Virus record (IMG/VR): IMGVR_UViG_3300035164_000339
Location: 1-50,650 of that record
DNA: 50,650 bases
Strand: one strand, 5' to 3'
Source of the DNA: a virus
Lineage: Duplodnaviria > Caudoviricetes
The notes under the pieces are model-generated. The model ran no database searches, was not told the origin of the DNA, and saw only the letters and a program-made list of their open reading frames with translations. This document shows positions 1 through 9,896 of the stretch, in pieces (positions within the stretch are counted from its first letter, which is position 1; each line of letters starts with the position of its first letter). Both the position numbers and the translations under genes were made by a program.

Positions 1-138
1 AAATGACCTGTCACCTGACAGCCACTTGTGTTTGTCTCAAATTTCTTAGAATTGTTAAAATATAGCTCTACGTCTGAATCTTGAAAAAATCTTGCTGCAT
101 ATTCGCTTCTCGCTGCGTTCATAATGTCAACTCGATTA
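1..138. repeat. Terminal overlap, copy 1 (circular assembly)
   Basis: Identical to 50513-50650 except C12 vs T50524; implies a 50512-bp circle. Confidence 0.95.
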
Positions 139-590
139 CCACTAACAACTAAAGCTCCTGTTCCCTCATCTGCAATTACGCTATTATTTGAGTCGTGATA
201 CAGTTGTAAATCATCGCCTGTTCCGATTTTTATTCTGTTATTACCAGAACCAGTTGAATCAGATAAATCAAGATTTCCTGTTGTTACTATATCTTGCGAT
301 CCAAAATCAGGAGAAATCTTCGATCCAGCTATCGCTGCGTTAGAAGCTACTTTTGCATTGACAATAACTCCATTATCAATAGTAAAAGTTTCACCGCTAT
401 TGCTAACAGTAATATCTCCCTTATCTCCATCATCTATACCACCACCGCCTGTTATTTCAGTAACATTTCCATTATCTCTTTTGGTAAATAATTTACCATT
501 ATCTGTTCTTATAGCTATCTCGCCAGTAACAAGATCACTTGCACTTGGATCGCTACCAGAACCTCTTTTTAGTCTTATTTGATTTGACAT
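1..590 (-). CDS. 5' part of the long tail fibre gene; continues across the junction into 48214..50512 (about 962 aa in total)
   Basis: ATG at 590 with GGAGGT RBS; open frame MSNQIRLKRGSGSDPSASDLVTGEIA... in frame with the ATG at 122 (=50634); missed by the ORF track. Confidence 0.85.
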   Translation of the reverse strand, partial: MSNQIRLKRGSGSDPSASDLVTGEIAIRTDNGKLFTKRDNGNVTEITGGGGIDDGDKGDITVSNSGETFTIDNGVIVNAKVASNAAIAGSKISPDFGSQDIVTTGNLDLSDSTGSGNNRIKIGTGDDLQLYHDSNNSVIADEGTGALVVSGNRVDIMNAARSEYAARFFQDSDVELYFNNSKKFETNTSGCQVTGH

Positions 591-611
591 AAGCTATTAC
601 CTCCAAAAGAT

Positions 612-1919
612 TTAATAGCTACCACCATCTATATTGAAACTTGATACACTTTCGTTTTCAAGGAATGTAACAAGGTCAGATAGGGCAACCTGTTTCATAG
701 TTCCGGCATCATTACAAACGAATCTATCTGCTGCTGCAAGAGTCGTTGATGTGGCTGATGTATTACCATCTATAATATTCAGTTCTGTAGTCGTTATGGT
801 TGCTCCGTCAAGAATTTGACATTCAGTACCAGTTAAGTCAGCTAATGCAGAGGCCGTTCCAGAACTCATTGTTGCTAATTCTGTTAACTGGTCGCTATGT
901 GGCTCAACGTCTGTGCCAATAACTAAACCTAAGTTTGATCTTGCATTACTAGCTGAAGTTGCACCAGTTCCACCATCGCCAATAGCAAGTGTTCCTGTAA
1001 TCGAACTAGCAGAGAGATCAACAGCAATTTCAGTAGATTCAATAACAAGTCCTCCGTTGGACTTAAGATCTACAGATATTGTATTTCCTGATTTTTGCAA
1101 ACCATCTGCTGTAGTAATTTGACCAGCACCAGAAAACTGAGCAAAGGTAAGATTATTAGTTCCTGTAACCGCGCTTCCTTTATTACTTGTACAAACAAAA
1201 CCGTTATCAGCGTTAACAGTTCCCTGCTCAATAAATGTGAACATACCAGCAGCATCAGAACCAGCAGCTAAATCTACTGCCCTTGCTGGAGAAGAACCGA
1301 CTACATAAATACCATTCTGACTTGCTGTACTCTGATCTTTTACCAATACTCGATCATTAGTTGATAACGTAACACCATCTATCGTATCTCCATTATTAAG
1401 AGCAGTAGATATTGTAATGTTTGCTGTTGTTGCTGCTACGCACGAATCTTTAACATCAAGTCCTTGACTTGTAGCCTCAACAAAACCACGAGTTGCAGCA
1501 TCTTGTGTATTAACCGGGTCAGCTAAGTTTGTAATTGTTTGAGAATTAAGACTTACACTAGCTGTTGGTGCAGCCATTTGATCTAATCTATTTGTTCTAA
1601 CACCTGTATCGAAATCGCTTATTTTAGTATGTGCGATAGAAGGAATATCGTCTGAAACTAATGCTCTAAACGTAGGTGCTGCTGCACTTCCAGAAGTCGG
1701 GCCACTAAGTATAGTATTAGCTGTTCTTGTTGTGTCCTTATCCCAAAAAGCTCCCTTACCAAAAGCTTTATTAATAGTAGTAGCAGAACCACCTGCTCCA
1801 CCAGTTCCTATACCGATATAACCTATCTCATTACCTTCAGCAAAAGCTATTTCAGCATTTGCAAGTGTTGTTGGTGCTGACGATCCTGTAGATCTTTTGA
1901 CCCTAATTGTGTTTGCCAC
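612..1919 (-). CDS. Tail fibre / virion structural protein
   Basis: 435 aa, T/S/A/G-rich; N-terminal IRVKRS..AP..L..AE motif shared with the neighbouring fibre; RVLVKDQ..ASQNGIY motif; ends IDGGSY. Confidence 0.75.
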   Translation of the reverse strand: MANTIRVKRSTGSSAPTTLANAEIAFAEGNEIGYIGIGTGGAGGSATTINKAFGKGAFWDKDTTRTANTILSGPTSGSAAAPTFRALVSDDIPSIAHTKISDFDTGVRTNRLDQMAAPTASVSLNSQTITNLADPVNTQDAATRGFVEATSQGLDVKDSCVAATTANITISTALNNGDTIDGVTLSTNDRVLVKDQSTASQNGIYVVGSSPARAVDLAAGSDAAGMFTFIEQGTVNADNGFVCTSNKGSAVTGTNNLTFAQFSGAGQITTADGLQKSGNTISVDLKSNGGLVIESTEIAVDLSASSITGTLAIGDGGTGATSASNARSNLGLVIGTDVEPHSDQLTELATMSSGTASALADLTGTECQILDGATITTTELNIIDGNTSATSTTLAAADRFVCNDAGTMKQVALSDLVTFLENESVSSFNIDGGSY

Positions 1920-2158
1920 TAAAACGAACCTCCATCGACTAAGTTTTCTACAGTACGAGTAGCATCTGCTTTAAATGTACCACTTGCTGAGGAAAAATAC
2001 ACTACTGAGTTATTAACTTTAGCAGAATCATCAAGAGTTGCTCCACTTGTTGTAAAAGCTGGCCCTGCTGGCCCTCTAGTTGCAACAGTTACAACAGTTG
2101 CGTCACCTTCATTTACTGTAACAGTATTTTTGGTAGTGGTGATGTTTACTGATGTCAT
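1919..2158 (-). CDS. Small virion/fibre-associated protein
   Basis: 79 aa, GPAGPA and C-terminal DGGSF; coupled to neighbours. Confidence 0.65.
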   Translation of the reverse strand: MTSVNITTTKNTVTVNEGDATVVTVATRGPAGPAFTTSGATLDDSAKVNNSVVYFSSASGTFKADATRTVENLVDGGSF

Positions 2159-2496
2159 GCTGTGTAACCTTCGCTTACATTTATGTTTCCTTCTAAATAA
2201 TACTCTTTTAAACCATTAGAATCAGTAAGTAATACATCATATTTTAATATTGATGGCCCAAAAGTAGCAGTTTGGGTATCAGTTAGAGCGATATCAATTG
2301 TTCCAGTAGCTCTGTTTGTATAGGTAACACCAAAATCTGCATATTTGGTAGTTCTAGTTTCTTCCCACACTTGAGCGGCCACAGTATATCCAGTTAAATT
2401 TATTGCATCATTATTAGAATCTTTAAAAACAAGCTGAATGTTATGGTCAGACCTTCTTTGTACGGTCATATTATATGTTGCTGGTGAAATTGCCAT
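2155..2496 (-). CDS. BppU-like/Ig-fold tail fibre adaptor
   Basis: INLTGYTVAAQV...YDVLL...YYLEG pattern typical of baseplate upper/adaptor domains. Confidence 0.6.
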   Translation of the reverse strand: MAISPATYNMTVQRRSDHNIQLVFKDSNNDAINLTGYTVAAQVWEETRTTKYADFGVTYTNRATGTIDIALTDTQTATFGPSILKYDVLLTDSNGLKEYYLEGNINVSEGYTA

Positions 2497-2756
2497 TAGC
2501 TATAAGGAGAAGTACCAAGAATTGAAGTATTCCATTGAGCTTTTAATTGATCTGTTGTTGTTGCTGCTTCTATAGCACTATCAGCAGGGGCATCTCTTAA
2601 TGCTTGTTTTTTTGCAACGATAGCCGTTGTATCTGCACCTGTTTCTTGCGCTCTATTAAATTCAACATCAAGATCAGGAAATTTCAAAGATCTTGCACCT
2701 CTAATGTTGTTTCTATGTAATTCTTTGGCTTTCGCCATGTCTACTCCAAATCCCAT
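2496..2756 (-). CDS. Tail fibre assembly-like protein
   Basis: KQALRDAP...W motif typical of phage fibre chaperones; follows a fibre gene. Confidence 0.6.
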   Translation of the reverse strand: MGFGVDMAKAKELHRNNIRGARSLKFPDLDVEFNRAQETGADTTAIVAKKQALRDAPADSAIEAATTTDQLKAQWNTSILGTSPYS

Positions 2757-2762
2757 AATTAA

Positions 2763-2963
2763 TTAAGGTGTGTAAGTCCAAGCATTACGAAAACTTCGAT
2801 CTGTTGGAATCGTAGTTGTATCTACAATATAACTTGTTTTACCATCAGGTACATCTTTAGCTTGTATTTGTTCAACAGTCAAATCACATTTATCAGAAGG
2901 ACAAATAATAGCAATACTTCCATCATCTTCAATATAAATAATTCTTTTATCTGAATTAGCCAT
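2763..2963 (-). CDS. Small fibre-associated protein (likely start MANSDK)
   Basis: KDVP.G..Y.IVD...IP.DR.FRNAW motif; ATG at 2963. Confidence 0.65.
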   Translation of the reverse strand: MANSDKRIIYIEDDGSIAIICPSDKCDLTVEQIQAKDVPDGKTSYIVDTTTIPTDRSFRNAWTYTP

Positions 2964-2995
2964 AATTTTTTTCTTTAAGTATATCTTAACTATAA

Positions 2996-4081
2996 TTAAT
3001 CGCCAAGAACAATAGCACAAAAAGTTTTAGGATCACTAGCTGACTGAACGCTAACATTACTGTTGCATATTCGGAAACCACTTGTATCGTACTGTCGGTT
3101 ATTAGCTTGTATTAAAGGTCTACCGGCTGTAGATAGTGCATTATTATTTGATTCCGTGGTCAATGCAACTGAATAATTACTATTTGCAACAGCACCACTT
3201 TCAAGGTTTACAGTATATTGTCCAGCAGCGTGATCCGTAATACTTGTAACATTGTAATCATCTCTTATCGAAACTGTTCCAGTTCCATTAAAGTTTACCC
3301 AAGCCTTTGCTCTTCCTTGGTGAATTTGAACGGCTGTTGAACCATTATTTCCAGATGTATCTTGGACATTTGTTGTTCTGGTGTTAGTTAAGCTTAAAGT
3401 TGTAGCATTAATTGTTGTAGCTGTTAATGACGTTAGACCGCTAATAGTTGTCGCAGCAGCACCTAAGTTTATAGAGGTGCTTCCAATAGTAACCGAACCT
3501 CCACTAAGCTGACTTGTTGGAATTGTTGAAGCACTTGTTAATATGGTTCCAGATTCATTTGGTAAAGTAATTGTTCTATTGCTAGTAATAGTTCCACTAG
3601 ATTGCAATGCAACATAATGAGAAGAATCAGAATCAAAAAATCTTGCTGGTCTTGCTCCTATAAAATCAATTCCATTATTTGAAAATTTCAAAGAAAGATT
3701 ACCAGCACCTCCAAAACCAACTATGTTTGCAGCGTCTTGATAAAAGCCAGTACCACTCGATCCAAAGTGTAATGATGGTGCATTAGCTACTCCGGTTGCA
3801 CATTGCAAAACACCTGTCATTGTACCTCCAGTTGCTGGAAGTAAACCTAAATTTGCTTGATCAATATTTCCAATATTAGTAAAAGCTGTATTACTACTAT
3901 TTCTTATTTTTAGTATTTTGGAAGTTGTATTTAAAAATTGCATACCAGCAACACATTGACTTGTTGCTAGATCTGTTGATTTTGAATTACTTGACTGAAT
4001 TGCACCAAAAACATTATTAAGGTCAGTTCTTACATTTGCTCCTGAGTTATTTTCAATTGTGTAATTTGCAACATCAGCCAT
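2996..4081 (-). CDS. Tail fibre / receptor-binding protein
   Basis: Directly after J; N-terminal GANVRTDLNN anchor; C-terminal AKAWVNFNGTG domain. Confidence 0.75.
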   Translation of the reverse strand: MADVANYTIENNSGANVRTDLNNVFGAIQSSNSKSTDLATSQCVAGMQFLNTTSKILKIRNSSNTAFTNIGNIDQANLGLLPATGGTMTGVLQCATGVANAPSLHFGSSGTGFYQDAANIVGFGGAGNLSLKFSNNGIDFIGARPARFFDSDSSHYVALQSSGTITSNRTITLPNESGTILTSASTIPTSQLSGGSVTIGSTSINLGAAATTISGLTSLTATTINATTLSLTNTRTTNVQDTSGNNGSTAVQIHQGRAKAWVNFNGTGTVSIRDDYNVTSITDHAAGQYTVNLESGAVANSNYSVALTTESNNNALSTAGRPLIQANNRQYDTSGFRICNSNVSVQSASDPKTFCAIVLGD

Positions 4082-4105
4082 AGTTAAATACTATTTTTAC
4101 TAAGT

Positions 4106-7100
4106 TTAACCTCCTTTACCGAAACCAACAGCAGTAAAAGTAAAGTTCCTATCAATACTAGCATTACTTGAATTTTTAAAGTGAACTGTAAATCCTGTTC
4201 CGCTTACATTTGTTACTTCAAAATAATCTCCTGTAGCCATATTTTGTGGGTTAACTGCAACTGCTGGTAAGAAATTATTGAGATTGCCTAATGCTGACGT
4301 TCCGACAAAGAACGGATTGGTAAAGGTAACATTTTTAGCTCCTGATCCTGATGCTATAACAGCACTTTGTTCTGTTCTTGATTTTAGACTAGCTACATAT
4401 CCTAACTGTTGTAGGTTTATATTCTGTGCAGTATCAGCAGTTTCAAGTATTGCTCTAAATTGAAATCCTCTACCTTTAAAAATACCATTTGCAACATCAT
4501 TAAAATCTGAATAAGAACTCATATCAGTAGAAGTTCGTACAGCCAATCTTGCGTTTGCATCATTCGCCACGCTACCGTCAAAATCTGTCCAAGTATCTAT
4601 CAAGTCTGTTCTGTTATCAAAAAGATCTCCTGTATAAAAACCAACTCCTTGAAAGTGTCTTGTTACAGAAAGAGAGAAAATGCCTCCCAAATCTAAAGTA
4701 TCAACAAAGTCATAAGTTCCTGTGGAGTTTGATACTGGATTAGTAAGTATTAAACCACCTTTAGCACTACTAAATTGAACATTAGATTTTGTACCATTAA
4801 ACGGAGTTGAGTCAGTATCCTCTCTATCTGTTTTTACAGTTATTTCGTCAACTATTTCAACTGTAGATAAACTTACTTTTGCTTCTGTCTGACTAAATCT
4901 CCCACCATCATCTTGGAATTTTACTAAATAAGTTCCAGCAAGTGCTGGACATATTGCCTCAGTAGCAGATCCAGCTACAGCCTCAATAACATCTTGTGCT
5001 GCTTGGAAAGAAGCTGAATTAAAAGCTAAATTAGAATGTCTTACATATACCCGACCACCATGCAAAACATCTATCGCAGTTGATTGATTAAATCTTAATC
5101 TTACGAATTGTTCATTAACAGGCTCAATAGTTAAATTCTGTACATTATCCGGTAAAGCTGTTTTACCAACAGCAGTAAAAGTTACCTCTGTTGCATTTGG
5201 AGATAATACTAATGCGGCATTATAAGAAAAAACTTGAAATGTATATAATCCTACTGGAGTATCTAATAACTCAAAGTCTGATGCAAAAACAACTTGAGAT
5301 ACATAGTTACCATCTTCAAACTTGTAATTAACAAGATATTGAGTAACTCCAATTACAGGTTGCCAATCTACTATTAATTTACTTCGTGCAATATTATTTA
5401 TAACTACTGTTTGTTCAGAAACAGTTAACGAACTAGGAGGAGGAGCTACTTGGTTTAATAAAGATATTGTTCTTGTAGGTAATTCGTCACCATTTTCTAT
5501 AAAATCATATTTACCGGGTACATATGTTAAAGCAGTAATTTGATAATTAACATCATTTTTTTCTTCTACTTGTATCACTCTAAATAATTGTGTTTGTAAA
5601 GTATTGCTTGATATAACAAATGGTGTATTTACATTTGGTGCTACAGAGAGCGCAGAATCTAAAGTCAAAACACCTGATGATGCTGCTGTTATAGTTTTTG
5701 TCTCAACTACTCCAGTTGGCATCAAAACTGAAATTGTAGGTTTATTAGTAACGTTTGGGCCAGAATTAATATTTCCATCACTATCAAGTGTTGTTAAAAT
5801 AGTTTGTGACTCTGCGTCAATAGTAATACTTGTTGTAGTTGCAGCAACTACTCTTCCACCTCTTCTAGTTCCTGTCCTAACAGGATCATTTATTTCAATT
5901 ACAGAACCCGGCCTAACTAAAATACCTGAGTCTATAGATGTGTTAAATGTACAAACTTCAGACTCATGTTCCTCAGAGAACATTATTGATCGACCTAATC
6001 TTGCAGCTTGATTTCGAGATGTACAAGCAAATGCTTTTATTTTCTTTATAACTGTTCCAAGCTTTTGTCTTCTTGCAACATCAGCCACACTTTGTGAATC
6101 CCCAACAGTTTCAAAATCTATTTCTTTAGAATCCATATTGAAATAACTTACAGATATTATTGAATGTCGCTGTTTAAGACTGCTTCCTGAGTAACTAAAT
6201 CCATCCTCACTTACATTAGCTAAGTTAAACAAATAACTAGGATCAGTCTCTTTATCTTGCGCGATACTAACTGCTCCAGCAGACCATATAGGCATACATC
6301 TCATGCAACCAGCTAAATCGTTAATAGCGTCAAAAGCTTCTTTAGGACTTTGAATATTGACGTTACAACTAAATCTGGCCTCTGTACCACCTTGTCCGTC
6401 ATCTACCTCCTTATTTGAATATATACTTGCAGCTACAAAACTAAATAAATCTAAATTACTCTCACTTATATGATCACCCAGGCCATATCTTGAGTTAGTT
6501 AAAAGATCTAACAATATCATCGCTGGACATGAAGTCCAGACCGCAGCGCCCATAACTCCATTAAATATATAACCATCAGGATAAATTATTCGACCTGTCT
6601 GTAAATCAACTTGTGGAGTACCAGAATTATTTGCACCGGCTGCTGGAATTTTTACTTTTATTCCCCTAACTCTATATTTACGAGTTGGAATTCTATTAAA
6701 CTGCTTACTATCTAACCTTAACGCTACATATGCACTATTAGGATACGAATCAGTTCTATCAATTACCGTTTGAAAACTAGTAAATTGAAAAGCATTAATT
6801 AAATTTGAATTACTACTGTCTATCGTATTTCTTATGACTCTTATATCAAAAGTAGTGTAGCCAGCAGTAAGTTCTATTCGGTGATCTCTTGCATATGCAT
6901 CAGCAGTTCTACCAGTTACAGAAGAATCAATTTTAGTAACATAAGAACCGTTATCATGTCTGATTTGTATTTTATATGAGACTGTATCTCCAACAATGTC
7001 TCCATTATCTTTAATTTCTTGTATTTGAGGCCATGTCAAAGTAACAATGACAGCATCAAATCCAGTAGTAGTAACCTGTCTATTAACCGATCCAACAATA

Positions 7101-7519
7101 CCTTGAGTTTCTGTTCCATCACTATTTACAACTGTTACAGCAACTGAAGTTGGAGATCGCGTTTCAGAAGCTATTCCGCTTAAAGCAGCTTGGTTTGAAG
7201 TACCAAAACGCGATTTAAATGTTACATCTTGAAAATTAAAATCAGTATTATTAGGACTAGAACTACTAGCTGATTGATCTAAAATTGGAGTATCGTCAAG
7301 GAATACGTCTTTGAGGCTTGCGTTTTGATATGCATCAGTTCCTTTTGTAAGTCCTTCTTTTGATGCGCTTGCAAAACCCTCTATTTCACCTTCCGATATT
7401 AGATCTTGTATTGTAGCAAAGCTTCTACTATGTAAAGTATCAGGCGCACGGTACGGAGGTGGGGGTTGCTTTGGGCTACCTCCTCCAGCACCTTTAATAA
7501 TTTTAATTTCATCTGTCAT
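4106..7519 (-). CDS. Tail tip / central fibre protein, lambda gpJ-like
   Basis: 1137 aa; DLISEGEIEG, YPNSAY, RVRGIKVKIP, ACTSRNQAARLG motifs; FN3-like repeats. Confidence 0.92.
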   Translation of the reverse strand: MTDEIKIIKGAGGGSPKQPPPPYRAPDTLHSRSFATIQDLISEGEIEGFASASKEGLTKGTDAYQNASLKDVFLDDTPILDQSASSSSPNNTDFNFQDVTFKSRFGTSNQAALSGIASETRSPTSVAVTVVNSDGTETQGIVGSVNRQVTTTGFDAVIVTLTWPQIQEIKDNGDIVGDTVSYKIQIRHDNGSYVTKIDSSVTGRTADAYARDHRIELTAGYTTFDIRVIRNTIDSSNSNLINAFQFTSFQTVIDRTDSYPNSAYVALRLDSKQFNRIPTRKYRVRGIKVKIPAAGANNSGTPQVDLQTGRIIYPDGYIFNGVMGAAVWTSCPAMILLDLLTNSRYGLGDHISESNLDLFSFVAASIYSNKEVDDGQGGTEARFSCNVNIQSPKEAFDAINDLAGCMRCMPIWSAGAVSIAQDKETDPSYLFNLANVSEDGFSYSGSSLKQRHSIISVSYFNMDSKEIDFETVGDSQSVADVARRQKLGTVIKKIKAFACTSRNQAARLGRSIMFSEEHESEVCTFNTSIDSGILVRPGSVIEINDPVRTGTRRGGRVVAATTTSITIDAESQTILTTLDSDGNINSGPNVTNKPTISVLMPTGVVETKTITAASSGVLTLDSALSVAPNVNTPFVISSNTLQTQLFRVIQVEEKNDVNYQITALTYVPGKYDFIENGDELPTRTISLLNQVAPPPSSLTVSEQTVVINNIARSKLIVDWQPVIGVTQYLVNYKFEDGNYVSQVVFASDFELLDTPVGLYTFQVFSYNAALVLSPNATEVTFTAVGKTALPDNVQNLTIEPVNEQFVRLRFNQSTAIDVLHGGRVYVRHSNLAFNSASFQAAQDVIEAVAGSATEAICPALAGTYLVKFQDDGGRFSQTEAKVSLSTVEIVDEITVKTDREDTDSTPFNGTKSNVQFSSAKGGLILTNPVSNSTGTYDFVDTLDLGGIFSLSVTRHFQGVGFYTGDLFDNRTDLIDTWTDFDGSVANDANARLAVRTSTDMSSYSDFNDVANGIFKGRGFQFRAILETADTAQNINLQQLGYVASLKSRTEQSAVIASGSGAKNVTFTNPFFVGTSALGNLNNFLPAVAVNPQNMATGDYFEVTNVSGTGFTVHFKNSSNASIDRNFTFTAVGFGKGG

Positions 7520-8106
7520 CCTTCTATTTGATTAGTGTCAATGGCTGCTGAAATAACCACAGATCCTGTAATTATTTCTCCATATACGATTGGAATGGGA
7601 GTTCCAGCACGGCTAGTATTTTGCACCCCTGCAAAATTAAACGATAATTTAGGATCCTCCTCTGATTCAAATCTTTGAGGTTCTGGAGTAGGAAATAATA
7701 GTTGAGATACACCTCCAAGAACAAGAGCAAACCCAATTTTTTTTGTAAAAGAAAATAATCCAGCATTTTTTGCAAAAGCTTGACCAAAAAAACCAGCACC
7801 ACCAGCAAAAGCAAATCCAATAAGAACAGCGCCTAATAAAATCTGTCCAAGACCACGACCAGCACCAGAAATAACAGGTATAAAATGAATATCTTCTTTA
7901 CCGATTGGATAAACAATTTCTTCTTTATTTATTGCATAATCACCTACTTTTATTTGATAATATTTTGGATTCATGTATTGTTGCAACTGAGGAAAATTAT
8001 TAATTAAAAAACTCACAGCTTGTGATACGTTTGCCACTTTAACCTCGAACTCTTTATGTCCGACATATTCTGCTAGTTGTCCATAAAGCTTTATTTTACG
8101 AAGCAT
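7516..8106 (-). CDS. Tail assembly protein, lambda gpI-like
   Basis: IKLYGQL N-terminus, IHFIPVISGAG, hydrophobic middle, PIPIVYGE..TGSVVIS. Confidence 0.9.
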   Translation of the reverse strand: MLRKIKLYGQLAEYVGHKEFEVKVANVSQAVSFLINNFPQLQQYMNPKYYQIKVGDYAINKEEIVYPIGKEDIHFIPVISGAGRGLGQILLGAVLIGFAFAGGAGFFGQAFAKNAGLFSFTKKIGFALVLGGVSQLLFPTPEPQRFESEEDPKLSFNFAGVQNTSRAGTPIPIVYGEIITGSVVISAAIDTNQIEG

Positions 8107-8797
8107 AACGTAACCTCTTTCCAGTACATTTTAATAGCCATTCAGAGTAAGGTTCTCTACAAGATAGTCTATCGGTTAAATGATGCAAAACATCCCCATC
8201 TAAGAAAATTGCTACATGATTTAAACCAGATGCCATAATTGACATAAATAATAAATCACCATTTTGTAGTTTTTCATCAGAACGTAATTCTCTAAATCCT
8301 GTTCTCCAAGCACATCTTTCAAACATAGGATTTTGTATAAATTCTTCTGGAGTTGTAGGTCTTTCCCAATCTCTTAAAATAATATTTTTTTCTTCTTTAT
8401 ACCAATCTCTCACTAATGACCAACAATCTGTAATACCCCAAACCCATTGTCTACCTAAAATCGGCGCTTTGTATCCAGAAGGTTCTAGATACGCCCATTC
8501 TTCTGTTTGTGGATTGACTATATACCAAGGAAGATTGCTATCTTCACAGCTAACTTTATCTGCTTGGCTAGGTGTTGGTGGATTAATAGGATGGCTATGA
8601 AAAACAGCAACAATTTCACCTTTATTATCTGCTTTAACGTAATCTTCTGGATCTAAAATGAAACATTGATGATCTGTCATAGAAAGATTACGGCAAGGAT
8701 AATATCTTTCTTTACCTTTTATATTTATTAACAGGCCAACCGCTTCTTTAGGATCTTGCTGTTTAGCGTGAAGCAACGCATCGTCTTTCCAATTCAT
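8096..8797 (-). CDS. Tail tip protein, lambda gpK-like (JAB + NlpC/P60)
   Basis: HSHP...PSQAD JAB motif, WGITDCWSL and HVAIF..HH; ATG 8797 overlaps the gpL stop. Confidence 0.92.
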   Translation of the reverse strand: MNWKDDALLHAKQQDPKEAVGLLINIKGKERYYPCRNLSMTDHQCFILDPEDYVKADNKGEIVAVFHSHPINPPTPSQADKVSCEDSNLPWYIVNPQTEEWAYLEPSGYKAPILGRQWVWGITDCWSLVRDWYKEEKNIILRDWERPTTPEEFIQNPMFERCAWRTGFRELRSDEKLQNGDLLFMSIMASGLNHVAIFLDGDVLHHLTDRLSCREPYSEWLLKCTGKRLRYAS

Positions 8798-9546
8798 GCT
8801 ACAAACGTACCTATTGCTGGAAACTCTGCTCTTGTGCATTGTCTACCGGGTATATTTATTCCAGCTAAATCAGTAGGGCCAGCTAACTCAAATTCAACTA
8901 TCTCTCTAGTTTCAGTTGCTTTTCTGTCTATCTTATAGACTTCTCTTGGACACTCAACATTTGGATCAGGAGTACCATATGGATTTGTATTACCTGTAAA
9001 ATTAACAGCATCAATATACTTTGCAAATGTTCTGATTCTTGTAAAAGTTGCACCAGTTAAATCATTACCAACAGTCGTTTCATTAACAGTCAATAAAATT
9101 GCAGATATTAAACCAGTAGCGTTACTTACTATTAATTTTGGTCTTGGAATTTGTCCGCGTTGATAAGCAAAACCAGTAGCTTGTATTGGAAATCTTAAAT
9201 ATTCATTACCATCCCAAACTATTCTGCCACTAGCATTCATATTGCTTCCAGAATGAAATCTATAAATTGTGCTTGCACCATGCAATACACTTGATAACTG
9301 TAAAGTAAATAATTCAATAATTGCACTAGGATTTATTGGTTGTAAATCACTAAAGGTTGCACTAAAAGATACATATCGAACATTATTATCGTATACAGTT
9401 TCATTCATTAAAGAAGTCCATTTTGGCTCAGAACTTCCAGTTGTTCCGGCAACAGTAACTTTAAATAAAAAACCTGTATTTGAAGACGTAGGAGAAATAA
9501 TATCTCCAACACTTAAACTCGTACTAGCAGTCCAAGTAGTTGCCAT
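8794..9546 (-). CDS. Minor tail protein, lambda gpL-like
   Basis: IIELF, FPIQATGF, PRPKLIVSN, RIRTFAKYIDAVNF, VEFELA motifs. Confidence 0.88.
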   Translation of the reverse strand: MATTWTASTSLSVGDIISPTSSNTGFLFKVTVAGTTGSSEPKWTSLMNETVYDNNVRYVSFSATFSDLQPINPSAIIELFTLQLSSVLHGASTIYRFHSGSNMNASGRIVWDGNEYLRFPIQATGFAYQRGQIPRPKLIVSNATGLISAILLTVNETTVGNDLTGATFTRIRTFAKYIDAVNFTGNTNPYGTPDPNVECPREVYKIDRKATETREIVEFELAGPTDLAGINIPGRQCTRAEFPAIGTFVA

Positions 9547-9896
9547 TATGTTGCTGGTTCAAAAACTTGCACAAAAGATGCTTGTATTGTCGCTCTATTT
9601 GGAAATTCTATACTTTTATCCCAACTAGGACATTTAAATTGCATTGCGCTTGGTTCATTAGGTGGCGTGTATGTAAAGCTTGCGTTATCAACTGCTCTTG
9701 CATCTAAAAAAGTTTCAATAGTATCACTATCTGTTTCTGTAATATTTTTCCAAACTAATCTAAAAGTTTTTGGATTTTGATTCAAACCAAATGTAATCCT
9801 ATGTTCATAGCCATCTTGAAATTTAACCGTCCTTGTATTTGGCTTTGATGTTTTTCTTACTGGAAAACTTGGTTCAATGTTTGGAAAAGTTGCCAT
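9546..9896 (-). CDS. Minor tail protein, lambda gpM-like
   Basis: VKFQDGYEHR..GLN, FTYTPP, FVQVFEP. Confidence 0.88.
   Translation of the reverse strand: MATFPNIEPSFPVRKTSKPNTRTVKFQDGYEHRITFGLNQNPKTFRLVWKNITETDSDTIETFLDARAVDNASFTYTPPNEPSAMQFKCPSWDKSIEFPNRATIQASFVQVFEPAT

Noticed and set aside
1-138. Biological direct terminal repeat
   Set aside because: It falls inside a tail-fibre gene and the GpA-type terminase predicts cos ends near 23.2 kb; better explained as assembly overlap
2996-3310. Diversity-generating retroelement (TR/VR pair with 47870..48214)
   Set aside because: No reverse transcriptase; the two copies differ at all base types and by indels, not only at adenines
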